Assembly (NCBI GenBank): GCA_039804105.1
Contig: JBDRZU010000002.1
Coordinates: forward strand, 32,001 to 96,000
From: a candidate division WOR-3 bacterium
GTDB lineage: Bacteria > Hydrothermota > 32-111
Direction: 5' to 3'
DNA length: 64,000 nt
Every line of letters starts with the position of its first letter. The first letter of the stretch is position 1. The notes beneath the pieces were generated by a model. The model saw nothing but the letters and a program-made list of their open reading frames with translations, searched no databases and was not told where the DNA came from. Shown here in pieces: positions 48,006-57,409 of the stretch. Both the position numbers and the translations under genes were made by a program.

Positions 48006-49216
48006 GTTTTTTTCTTTTTTTCCTGTGATGCTGGAAAGAGGACATTGTTGAGTATCAATCTGTACCCAGGAGAATTTTTAAAAAGTATAAGTTCTGTTGG
48101 TGGATCGTTTACAAAATGAAGATAATCTTCAGGATCATGGCCTGCAAGAAAAGTAAAAAAACCTTCACCTAAAAATCCATGAATATATTTTGCATAATCT
48201 TTTTCATAACTATCAGCAAGTATCACAACATCCTTTTTTATCTTCCTCTTATCGAAACTTGAAGTTCTTCCAAGAAACTCTTTTATATTATCAGTATGGT
48301 TTTGAGTCAGCATCGCTTCAACGAGGTCAAACTTTGGTGAGAATTTTTTCAATTTGAAGAATCTGTTTTCCCATTCCTGTCTGTTAAAAGGTTCATAATT
48401 TATATCATCTATTTCTATTGTTGGTTTATCGTTCAGTTTAAAATTTTCAAAAGCAATACATTTAGTATAATCAAGAACCGGTGCAACAGTTCCATCACCA
48501 TCAAGAAGTGATGGTATCATATCCTGATATCCCAATGCTAAAGCATCATCAAGAGTGTTTGTCGCAGAACACATGGCAAACAAAAATCCACCTCTTGAAA
48601 TATAATTTTTTATCTCTTTTGCTACATCACGTTTCATCAACCAATACTTTTCATAACCAAGAGATTTTGAAAGATTTTTTTGCATATTGAAAAGATCCTG
48701 AAACCATGGTTCATATAAAGATGAAATGTAAAATCGATCGAGTTGACCAGTAAAATCCTCATGGTGAAGATGGATCCATTCGTATTCATAAATTTTTCCA
48801 GTCAGTATCTCTTTATCATATATAACATCGTACGGTATGTTTGCATAGTCAAGAACAAGCGTAACAGCATCATCCCAAGGCTCTTTGCCAGGGGGTGAAT
48901 AAACAGCAAGTTTTGGAGCTTTCTCAAGAAGAACACTTCTTTCAGTTTGGGACAAAACGAAATCTTTTTTTTCCTCAGAGATTTTTGTAAAGAGAACTCC
49001 CTCTTTTAAACATTCATTTTCGAAAATATCTGACATAATCAAAAAACTACCACCTCTATAGTTCAAAAGCCAGTAAACATTTACACCATTTTTCAGCGCC
49101 CTGTAAACTATACCATACGATTTCAAATGATCGGTTTGTGTTTCATCCATCGGGATAAAAGTGTAAGAAAAAATTTTAATATAAACTATAAAAATTAAAA
49201 AATAAAACTTTTTCAT
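48002..49216 (-). CDS. Conserved exported protein with glutamine-amidotransferase-like motif (family often labelled 'asparagine synthetase B')
   Basis: Signal peptide; blocks PMDETQTDHLKSYG, PWDDAVTL, HLHHEDFTGQ, GGFLFAMCSAT, GHDPEDY, NSPGYRLILNNVLFPA recalled from an uncharacterised FCB-group family. Confidence 0.65.
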   Translation of the reverse strand: MKKFYFLIFIVYIKIFSYTFIPMDETQTDHLKSYGIVYRALKNGVNVYWLLNYRGGSFLIMSDIFENECLKEGVLFTKISEEKKDFVLSQTERSVLLEKAPKLAVYSPPGKEPWDDAVTLVLDYANIPYDVIYDKEILTGKIYEYEWIHLHHEDFTGQLDRFYISSLYEPWFQDLFNMQKNLSKSLGYEKYWLMKRDVAKEIKNYISRGGFLFAMCSATNTLDDALALGYQDMIPSLLDGDGTVAPVLDYTKCIAFENFKLNDKPTIEIDDINYEPFNRQEWENRFFKLKKFSPKFDLVEAMLTQNHTDNIKEFLGRTSSFDKRKIKKDVVILADSYEKDYAKYIHGFLGEGFFTFLAGHDPEDYLHFVNDPPTELILFKNSPGYRLILNNVLFPASQEKKKKT

Positions 49217-50529
49217 AAATATTCCAAAAGTAATCCTTTCAAAGGTGTTTTACCATACTTTTTTAAATATTTTTCAACATCCTCTTTTTCAATTATACCT
49301 TTTTTTATTTCAAATAAAAGTATATCACTTATAAGTTCAAAATCTTCAAACGATTCCTGTTTAAATTTTTTTGCCTCCTCAAATTTTCCTTCTTCAAGAA
49401 GCATCTTATAATAAAGAAAAGTTTTCCTTCCAACAGTTAAGATAAACGGTCTTAAATTTTCAGAGTTATTTTGAAAATAATAAAAAAAGAATTGTCCATC
49501 AGGTATTTTTTTGGAAAGGATATAAAGATTTACACAGTTAATTTTTACAAACATATCGACTTTTGAAGATAACATTTTTGATAGAGAAGTTTTCAAATTC
49601 TTCTCGTCGGAATTTAAAAGATAACGAAGAAAATAAAGGTAGTTCATGTAAACACTATTTGTGTTTTTCTTACCCTTCATGAAGAGGTTAAAATTTTCAT
49701 CATCCCTTAGAAAAATAAGTGATAACGGATAAAAAAGAGAGTCACCCTCAAAAAGAACAGTTTTTTCACCTTTTAATAAACTTCGAAAACTTTTGTAAGT
49801 TTTTTCGTAAACTGTTCCTTCAAGTAACGAAGAATAATCGTTTTCAAGATCATAAAAGGATAAAAGATGTATCTCTTCAGAAAATACTTTTATGTTTACT
49901 CTTTTCGCATCAAAAAATTTCACTATTTTTATCTTCTCTTGAAGGCTCAAAATATCGGAATCAAAAATTTTTAAAATATCTTCTTGAGAAAAATCAACCA
50001 ATTCTTTTGCATAAATTTCTTTACCGGTTTGAACTAACAATCTTGCAGTAACAAAAAGTTTCAATTTACTTCTGTTTGATAATCTCTCGTATAACAATTT
50101 ATTGATATTCTCAAATGAAAATTGTGCTGTAATCTTTTTATAATCAATATTTTTTTCATCATCAAACTTTAAAATATATTCAAGGTATTTTTCAAGATCA
50201 TTTTTTTCTTTGAAATATTTTAGAAATATCATATATTCGTTTTCAAATATCATATCCTTTTTAAAAAATGAAACATATATCTCAGGCAAACCATCTCTCA
50301 AAATCAAACTCCTTAAAAAATATTCATAATCCGGTTTCTTGTATTTATCTCTATTTTTAAATATCTCTTTTAAAATCTTTTCTTTATCATAATAATTATC
50401 AAGAGTTTCAACGATTACTTTAAAATTACCTGTTTTTACGATTTCATTCAAATCTTGTGAATTCAAAAAGATGAAACTAGAAAACAATAAAAACAAACAT
50501 ATCGAAACAGATTTTTTCAATCTATTCAT
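49213..50529 (-). CDS. Hypothetical exported helical protein
   Basis: 438-aa ORF overlapping both neighbours; signal-like N-terminus; no motif recognised. Confidence 0.55.
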   Translation of the reverse strand: MNRLKKSVSICLFLLFSSFIFLNSQDLNEIVKTGNFKVIVETLDNYYDKEKILKEIFKNRDKYKKPDYEYFLRSLILRDGLPEIYVSFFKKDMIFENEYMIFLKYFKEKNDLEKYLEYILKFDDEKNIDYKKITAQFSFENINKLLYERLSNRSKLKLFVTARLLVQTGKEIYAKELVDFSQEDILKIFDSDILSLQEKIKIVKFFDAKRVNIKVFSEEIHLLSFYDLENDYSSLLEGTVYEKTYKSFRSLLKGEKTVLFEGDSLFYPLSLIFLRDDENFNLFMKGKKNTNSVYMNYLYFLRYLLNSDEKNLKTSLSKMLSSKVDMFVKINCVNLYILSKKIPDGQFFFYYFQNNSENLRPFILTVGRKTFLYYKMLLEEGKFEEAKKFKQESFEDFELISDILLFEIKKGIIEKEDVEKYLKKYGKTPLKGLLLEYL

Positions 50530-53266
50530 TTAAAATTTCCTGTAGATATAGTTTTATCAAAGGTATCCATTCTTTTCTTTCAAAATTTTCAACATCCTGA
50601 TACTTCTTTTTTAATTGGAAATACTTTTTGTAACCGTAATCTTCCGGCATGATCAGTTTTACAGGGATTTCATAATCTTTTCCTGTAAAACTTTCACGTT
50701 TTTCATCTATCCCTTTTTTGTATATAGATTTTGATATGTTCAACATTCTTTTTAACACTCTATCCTGTTTTTTCAATATCTCTTCATCAAGTTTACCTTG
50801 CTTCAAATCATTTGCAACATCTTTCAAAGAATCCGCAAGAGTTGAAATCGCTTCTCCAACATCTTTAAAAGATTGTTCCCCTAACCTTTTCATCTTCTCA
50901 GAAAGTGATTCTTCCATTTTACCCAACTGGTTCAATATATCCTGCTTCATCTCGCCTTTTCCAAACATTTCCCATAACATCTCGGATATATACTGTTGTT
51001 CTTTTGACATCGAAGACATCTCTTCAGCTAACCTTTCAAGTGATGATGCCCCTTCGCCCTGAGGATTATCTTTCAAAAGAAAGTTTATTATGTTAACATT
51101 TTGTTCTTTCAGAGGCAGAAAATTTCCATTACTGTTTTCAGTAATAGTTTTTGCTGTTCTTAAGAGTATGTTGAGTGGGGATGCGATATCCTCTCCGGTG
51201 TAATCGATTATCGATTGGTAAAGATTTGAAATCAGTTGTACATTCTGAGTGCTATCTATAAGTTCATCTATGAAGAGTAATGTTGTTATAACCAACTCTT
51301 TGTTGTATCTTTGGGTCTTCCCTGATAATTTTTCTATATTTTCTTCGACCTTCTTTTTTAGATCTGCAAGTTTCTCTTTTACTTTTTCTGTTTTTGAGAA
51401 CTCTTTTTCAGATTCTCTTGACAATTTTGAAAGTTCTATAAGATCGTTTTCATACTCTTCGAGGTTATCATCCCTTAAACTCTCTTTTTTTAACTCTTCA
51501 ATCCCTTCGGTTATCTTTTTCTGTTCCTCAAAATTTTTTCCCTGAACTATTTTATTTTCAAAATCTAAAAGTTTTTTCAATTCCTCGTTTAGTTTATTCA
51601 AAGAGAAGATTTTATTCAACTGTTTCAAAATTTCTTTTAATCTTGAAAGATCCTTCTCTATATTTTTGCTTTCACTTTGAATCTTATCGATCAATTTTCT
51701 TTTCTCATCCTCTGAAATATTTTTCATATCTTTTTCAAGAAGTGAAAAAAGATTGTTTAAAATGTTTTTATCTATCTTTTCAAGTTCACTCTTCAACTCA
51801 GCCATCTTTTTATAAAGATTATCTGGCAATCTGTATTCAGATATATCTTTCATCTCCTCTTTAACTTTTTCAAAATTTTCACTTAAATTTTTCAACTCCT
51901 CTTTTAATTGCCTTAAATTCTCTTCTTTCTTCTGTGTTTTTAGTTCATCGAGAATATTTTCAACTCTTTCAGAATATTTTTCAACATCGTTAAAAAATTC
52001 ACTCTTTAAATATGTTGAATCTATAAAAGATGCAACATCTCCCCCCTGTCCAAGTTCAATCTCACTGGATATACCTATCTGTCTTCTAAAAGGATTGTTG
52101 TCTTTTAAAACGAAATGTATTCTTTGATACTTTTCTTTAATCGATTCAAGATTCAATCTGAAAATTAAAATGGTGTCTTTCCCAGAAATTTTGTATGATT
52201 GAAAAGATGAATCATTTACACTTTTTAAAACTAAATAAACAGAATCGTTTCCAAAATCATCCCTGCAAAGGATCGGAAGATCGACCTCATCTTTAATCTG
52301 GAGATTTTTCTCCTGAATTATGATATCAACAAAAGGTTTTTTGTCTTTCATCACATTTACTATAACTGAATCAAAAATATTACCTTTTTTGAATTTTATC
52401 ACACTATCGTTAACAACAGATTTTAATTCAAAAATATATTCTGTTTTATCGTTGAAAAAAACTTTCAGATTCAAAGAGGAAAATTCAACAAGATCTAAAA
52501 AATTACCTCTAAGAGAATAACTTCTTAGTGATGTATAAAGTGGTGGTTTCACATTTGAAACTATAGAATCTATAATAAAACCTTTTAAGAGTTTAAAACT
52601 TAATCTATTCGATTCAACCTTTGGTCCTTTAAAAAACAGATAAGAATCAAGTCCATAATCTTGATCTTTTCTATACCTTGAAAAATTTTTTTCACTCTCA
52701 ACAAAAATGTTTCCAGAGATCGTTCCAAGGTTGAAAGAAAGGACTTTGATATCATAACCTTTACTTTTCAAAACAACTTGTTTTTGAGTTAAATTAAAAG
52801 AGTTTGAAACAAGGTAAGGATTTAATATAACAAATGAAAGAAAAATGATAATTGATAAAAAGAAAAATCTTAAATTTTTATCCCTTTTATTCTCTTTAAA
52901 AAATTTTTTTCCTTTGAAATCTATTTTCTCGAATTCTTGTTTTAAAATTTCAATAAAAGTACTATTCGTTTGATTTTGATTTTCAAAAACGACAAGTGGA
53001 ACATTTTTCAGTTCCCTGTTCAAACTGTTAAAAATTTCAATACTTTTTCTGACAGTAAAAATATTTATAAAAAAATTTTTAAATGAGAAAAGCAAAACGG
53101 TTAAAAATCCAACGATGAAAAATAAATTCTCATGTGGAAAAATGTTGTTTAAAAAAACATGGACTATAAAAAGGAGTGTAAAAAAAGAACAAAATACCAA
53201 TAAACTATCAACAAAACTTTCAAACAATATTTTATGATGAATTTTTTGAAAAATCTTTTTCAACAT
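50522..53266 (-). CDS. Large membrane-anchored coiled-coil protein (DUF4175-like)
   Basis: N-terminal TM helices, beta-rich middle (VKPPLYT, DKKPFV, DDFG, DNNPF), long coiled coil, C-terminal QDRVLKRML...EKRES; ATG 53266 preferred over TTG 53281. Confidence 0.6.
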   Translation of the reverse strand: MLKKIFQKIHHKILFESFVDSLLVFCSFFTLLFIVHVFLNNIFPHENLFFIVGFLTVLLFSFKNFFINIFTVRKSIEIFNSLNRELKNVPLVVFENQNQTNSTFIEILKQEFEKIDFKGKKFFKENKRDKNLRFFFLSIIIFLSFVILNPYLVSNSFNLTQKQVVLKSKGYDIKVLSFNLGTISGNIFVESEKNFSRYRKDQDYGLDSYLFFKGPKVESNRLSFKLLKGFIIDSIVSNVKPPLYTSLRSYSLRGNFLDLVEFSSLNLKVFFNDKTEYIFELKSVVNDSVIKFKKGNIFDSVIVNVMKDKKPFVDIIIQEKNLQIKDEVDLPILCRDDFGNDSVYLVLKSVNDSSFQSYKISGKDTILIFRLNLESIKEKYQRIHFVLKDNNPFRRQIGISSEIELGQGGDVASFIDSTYLKSEFFNDVEKYSERVENILDELKTQKKEENLRQLKEELKNLSENFEKVKEEMKDISEYRLPDNLYKKMAELKSELEKIDKNILNNLFSLLEKDMKNISEDEKRKLIDKIQSESKNIEKDLSRLKEILKQLNKIFSLNKLNEELKKLLDFENKIVQGKNFEEQKKITEGIEELKKESLRDDNLEEYENDLIELSKLSRESEKEFSKTEKVKEKLADLKKKVEENIEKLSGKTQRYNKELVITTLLFIDELIDSTQNVQLISNLYQSIIDYTGEDIASPLNILLRTAKTITENSNGNFLPLKEQNVNIINFLLKDNPQGEGASSLERLAEEMSSMSKEQQYISEMLWEMFGKGEMKQDILNQLGKMEESLSEKMKRLGEQSFKDVGEAISTLADSLKDVANDLKQGKLDEEILKKQDRVLKRMLNISKSIYKKGIDEKRESFTGKDYEIPVKLIMPEDYGYKKYFQLKKKYQDVENFERKEWIPLIKLYLQEILNE

Positions 53267-53268
53267 AT

Positions 53269-53297
53269 TTAAGGGGGACAAAAGTGTCCCCCCTTAA
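53269..53297 (-). terminator. Hairpin after serA (terminator or processing site)
   Basis: TTAAGGGGGACA-aaag-TGTCCCCCCTTAA inverted repeat immediately after the serA stop; U tail is weak. Confidence 0.55.
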
Positions 53298-53300
53298 TAA

Positions 53301-54203
53301 TCATTTGTATTCTGAGATTATGCTCACGATTTCATCTGCGATCCTTTCCTGTGCCTCAAATGTCTGAGCACCTATGTGTGGTGTTGCCACAAAATTTTCA
53401 AATGTGAACAGTTCGTTCACAACAGGTGGTTCTGTCTCAAAAACATCCAGTGCTGCTCCCTTGATCAAACCTTCTTTTAATGCTGTTATCAACGCTTTTT
53501 CATCAACGATTCCACCTCTTGCACACGATATAAGGTATGCACTCTTTTTCATCTTTTTGAACTGTTCAAGTGAAATCATATTCTTTGTCTCATCTGTTAG
53601 AGGAAGATGCAAAGATATATAATCCGACTCTTTTAAAAGTGTATCAAGGTCAACAATTTTTATCGGCGGTTTAGACACCTCTTTGACATAGGGATCATAA
53701 CCTAAAACATTCATCTCAAAACCATAAAAACCTATCCTTGCTGTTTCCCTTCCAATCCTTCCAAGACCTATGATCCCTAAAGTTTTTTTGTAAAGTTCAT
53801 AACCTTCAAATTTCTTTTTCTCCCACTTTCCTTCCTTCATCGATTTATCAGCAACAGTTAAAGATCTCGCAAGAGAAAGCATATGTCCTATTGCAAGTTC
53901 AGCAACAGATTCACTCGATGCAGCAGGGGTATTTCTGACTTCAATGTTTTTTGTTTTGGCATATTCAACATCGATGTTATCAACACCAACTCCACCTCTT
54001 ATGATAAGTTTTAAATTTTTTCCAGCATCGATAATATTCTTCTTAACCTTTGTTGCACTTCTAACAATAATACAATCAAAATCAACTATGACCTTTTCAA
54101 GTTCCTCAGGTGGTAGTCCGGTTTTTACAACAACATCGTGTCCCATTCCTTTCAACTGGTTAACTGCTGAATCAGAGATCTTGTCACTCACAAGTATTCT
54201 CAT
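53301..54203 (-). CDS. serA: D-3-phosphoglycerate dehydrogenase-like enzyme (short, no ACT domain)
   Basis: VRSATKV, RGGVGVDNID, NTP..SVAEL, GIIGLGRIG, HLPLT, CARGG, LDVFETEP, TPHIGAQT.EAQ; 300 aa. Confidence 0.8.
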   Translation of the reverse strand: MRILVSDKISDSAVNQLKGMGHDVVVKTGLPPEELEKVIVDFDCIIVRSATKVKKNIIDAGKNLKLIIRGGVGVDNIDVEYAKTKNIEVRNTPAASSESVAELAIGHMLSLARSLTVADKSMKEGKWEKKKFEGYELYKKTLGIIGLGRIGRETARIGFYGFEMNVLGYDPYVKEVSKPPIKIVDLDTLLKESDYISLHLPLTDETKNMISLEQFKKMKKSAYLISCARGGIVDEKALITALKEGLIKGAALDVFETEPPVVNELFTFENFVATPHIGAQTFEAQERIADEIVSIISEYK

Positions 54204-54212
54204 AATTCCTCC

Positions 54213-55280
54213 TTAAATTTTTAAAATATCGTTAATGTCATCGAGAAGTTCTTTAATATCTGATGGCATAAGATCACCCATCGCTGCTATTCTGAATGTA
54301 ATATCTTTTAGTTTTCCATAACCGTTTGATATCGTTTTTCCTCTTTTACCAAGTTCTTTGTTAAGATCCGAAAGGTTAAAGTTTTTATTATTTTTCAAAG
54401 TAACAACAGTCCATGACTCATAACCTTTTTCCGGGAATGTCTCTATACCTTTCTCTTTCGCCCAATCGAAAATCATATCTGCCATCTTTTTATGTCTTGC
54501 AAACCTGTTTTCCATACCTTCTGCAAGCATTCTGTCAAGTTGGACCTTCAGGGCGTTGATATGTGGTATCGATGGTGTTGATGGTGTTTGTCCTTTTTCA
54601 TCATATTTCAACATATCAACTATATCAAAATAGTATCCCCTGTTTTCAACAGTTTTTGCTTTTTCCGCTGCTTTCTGTGAAACTGTCATCACAGCAAGTC
54701 CTGGTGGAAGAGCAAAACATTTCTGGACACCTGCAAGAATAATATCGATTCCAAGAGCATCCACATCGATTTTATAACCTGTGAGTGACGAAACAGCATC
54801 AACAGCAAAGATCACATCAGGATATTTTTTCATAACCTCTGCAATTTCCTCGATTGGATTTTTCACTCCAGTTGATGTTTCGTTATGAACGAGAGTCACA
54901 AGATCATATTCACCAGTTTTCAATTTTTCATCTATCATTTCAGGTTTTATAGCATAGCCCCATTCAACCTTCAATGGATCTGCCTTTTTTCCATTTGCAA
55001 CCGCTATATCGTACCATCTGTCAGAGAAAGCACCACACATACAAGAAAGGATCTTTTTGTTTGATAGGTTTCTTACAACACTCTCCATACAGCCAGTTGC
55101 TGAAGATGTAAAGAGCAAAACTCTGTTTTTGGTATAAAGAACCTGCTGTAATTTGGGAATCACCTGATTGTAAAGTTCGGTAAACTCCTTCATTCTATGA
55201 CCTATCATCTCACAGGCCATAGCTTCCCTTACTTCCTTTACAACTTCGGTTGGACCTGGTATAAATAATTTTTTATGCAT
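54213..55280 (-). CDS. Class V PLP aminotransferase (serine-pyruvate/phosphoserine aminotransferase-like)
   Basis: LFIPGPT, HNETSTGV, VDAVSS, GVQKCFALPPGL, TPSTP, FRIAAMG; immediately upstream of serA. Confidence 0.9.
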   Translation of the reverse strand: MHKKLFIPGPTEVVKEVREAMACEMIGHRMKEFTELYNQVIPKLQQVLYTKNRVLLFTSSATGCMESVVRNLSNKKILSCMCGAFSDRWYDIAVANGKKADPLKVEWGYAIKPEMIDEKLKTGEYDLVTLVHNETSTGVKNPIEEIAEVMKKYPDVIFAVDAVSSLTGYKIDVDALGIDIILAGVQKCFALPPGLAVMTVSQKAAEKAKTVENRGYYFDIVDMLKYDEKGQTPSTPSIPHINALKVQLDRMLAEGMENRFARHKKMADMIFDWAKEKGIETFPEKGYESWTVVTLKNNKNFNLSDLNKELGKRGKTISNGYGKLKDITFRIAAMGDLMPSDIKELLDDINDILKI

Positions 55281-55308
55281 AGTTCCTCCTTCAAATTTTA
55301 ATATTAAA

Positions 55309-55369
55309 ATTGTATTTTATAAAACTCTCTTTGTCAATATATTGACTTAAAAGTTCAACCTGTTAAAAT
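55309..55369. promoter_or_regulatory. Back-to-back divergent sigma70 promoters
   Basis: Minus: TTGACA (55337-55332), 17 nt, TACAAT (55314-55309). Plus: TTGACT (55342-55347), 16-nt spacer ending in TGT, TAAAAT (55364-55369). The two -35 boxes form the palindrome GTCAA-TATA-TTGAC. Confidence 0.65.
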
Positions 55370-55377
55370 AAGCAGAT

Positions 55378-56148
55378 ATGATGGATCTACATAACCATTC
55401 ACTTTATTCATACGATTCCAAAAGACCGATGGAAGATATCGTTGTTGAAGCACTATCAAAAAATCTAAAAATTTTAGGTTTTTCCGATCACCTTGATTTC
55501 AACGAGAACGATCCCGGTAATATGTTTTACAATGGTGAAAACCAATTTGAAGAATTTTTATTCTTAAAGAAAAAATATCAAAACAAAATAAAACTCTTTC
55601 TTGGAATAGAATCATCCTATGAAAAAAATTATAAAAAAAAGATAGTAACAACTTTTAAAAAATTCCCTTTCGATTATAGGATAGTTTCACTACATTTTGT
55701 TGAAGGAATAGTAATTTCCGATTGGATAGTTCAGATTGAAAAAGATAAAGAAAATATTTTAGATGTTGACTATGAAAAATATTTTTTACAACTTGAAAGT
55801 ATAATTGATTTTAAAAATTTTAACATTTTGGGACATATTGATTACTATAAAAAATATTCAAAATTTTCAGATCATAAAATCACATTTAAAAGGTATGAAA
55901 ATTACTATGAAAAAATTTTAACAAAAATTATCAAAAACAATATTATACTTGAAATAAACACAAGTGGACTCAGACATAAATGCAAAGAGCAGTTCCCATC
56001 AATTGAAATACTAACATTATATAAAGAACTTGGTGGGAAATACGTTTCAACAGGTTCTGATTCACACAAGGATGGAGATGTTGCTTTTGGATTTGAAAAC
56101 ATTGAGAAGATCATTAAAAATTTAAACTTTGAAATTTTTAAACCATAA
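55378..56148 (+). CDS. PHP-domain phosphatase (HisJ/HisK histidinol-phosphatase family)
   Basis: DLHNHS, FSDH, GIE, SLH, GHID, EINTSG, GSDSH metal ligands. Confidence 0.88.
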   Translation: MMDLHNHSLYSYDSKRPMEDIVVEALSKNLKILGFSDHLDFNENDPGNMFYNGENQFEEFLFLKKKYQNKIKLFLGIESSYEKNYKKKIVTTFKKFPFDYRIVSLHFVEGIVISDWIVQIEKDKENILDVDYEKYFLQLESIIDFKNFNILGHIDYYKKYSKFSDHKITFKRYENYYEKILTKIIKNNIILEINTSGLRHKCKEQFPSIEILTLYKELGGKYVSTGSDSHKDGDVAFGFENIEKIIKNLNFEIFKP

Positions 56149-56157
56149 GGAGAATCT

Positions 56158-57408
56158 ATGATTCCAAAAGAAATTTTCAAAAAAAGAAGAGAAAAAGTTC
56201 TAAAATCGATGGAAAAAAATTCGGTTCTTCTTCTTGATTCAGCATCATTTAAAGAAAAAAATTCTGAGAACAATTATATTTATAGGCAAAGTTCAAACTT
56301 TTTTTATCTAACAGGTTACAAGGAACCTTCATCAACTCTTCTACTTTACAAAGGAGAAAAAGAAGAAAAAGAGATACTCTTTGTTGAGGAGAACAATCCT
56401 TACTATGAGGTATGGACTGGTAAGAAAAAATCTGATAAAGAGGTAAAAGAGGAAACAGGAATTGAGAATGTTTTTTACAACAAAGATTTTTACTTCTATT
56501 TTGGGAACTATGTTAACAGAGGCGTGATATGTTATTTTGATTTTGCAAACGAAAAAGTTACAGAATTCTTAGGATACAACCATTACAAAATATCAAAACT
56601 AAGGGAACATTTTCCACAGATAAAATCTTTCTTACCTGCAAACAATCTGATATACCCCCTAAGAGCGATAAAAGATAAATATGAGATAGAATGTATAAAA
56701 AAGGCAATCGATATTACAAAAGAGGGAATAATCAACTGTATGAAAAATGCACATGAGGGAATGTTCGAATATGAGATTCAGGCAGAACTTGAATATATAT
56801 TTTTAAAAAATGGTGTTTTTGTGCCAGCATTTCCTTCAATAGTAGCTTCAGGTAAAAACGGTGCAACTTTACATTACACATCAAACAATCAGAAGGTAAA
56901 AAAAGGTGACCTGATACTTATAGATGTTGGTGCGGAATATGAACTATATTCTGCTGATATAACAAGGGTCTTTCCTCCAAAAAGGAGATTTTCAGAAAAG
57001 GAAAAAAGGTTATATCACCCCTTACTTGAGATACAGGAAAAGATCATCGATTCGATAAAACCTGGTTTGAGTATGAAGAAGTTAAACGAAACAACAAACG
57101 AACTGATTGGAAAATTGCTTGTAAAGCTCAACTATATTAAAGATGTGAAGGATGTAAAAAAATATTATCCACATTCTATTGGACATATGCTCGGTCTTGA
57201 TACACATGACATTTCATCAGTTCCAAGGTATATGCCTGAACTTCAAGAAAACATGGTTTTAACAATTGAACCAGGAATATATATACCAGAAGAAGAGATT
57301 GGACTCAGGATTGAAGATGATATACTCGTTACAAAAAATGGATACAAAAATCTTTCAATCGAGATTCCCAAAACTATAAAAGATATAGAAAAAGTTGTTG
57401 GAGTTTAA
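56158..57408 (+). CDS. pepP: Xaa-Pro aminopeptidase (M24B)
   Basis: YRQSSNFFYLTG, LHY, DVGAE..YSADITR, PHSIGHMLGLDTHD, TIEPGIY, RIEDD. Confidence 0.94.
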   Translation: MIPKEIFKKRREKVLKSMEKNSVLLLDSASFKEKNSENNYIYRQSSNFFYLTGYKEPSSTLLLYKGEKEEKEILFVEENNPYYEVWTGKKKSDKEVKEETGIENVFYNKDFYFYFGNYVNRGVICYFDFANEKVTEFLGYNHYKISKLREHFPQIKSFLPANNLIYPLRAIKDKYEIECIKKAIDITKEGIINCMKNAHEGMFEYEIQAELEYIFLKNGVFVPAFPSIVASGKNGATLHYTSNNQKVKKGDLILIDVGAEYELYSADITRVFPPKRRFSEKEKRLYHPLLEIQEKIIDSIKPGLSMKKLNETTNELIGKLLVKLNYIKDVKDVKKYYPHSIGHMLGLDTHDISSVPRYMPELQENMVLTIEPGIYIPEEEIGLRIEDDILVTKNGYKNLSIEIPKTIKDIEKVVGV

Positions 57409-57409
57409 T

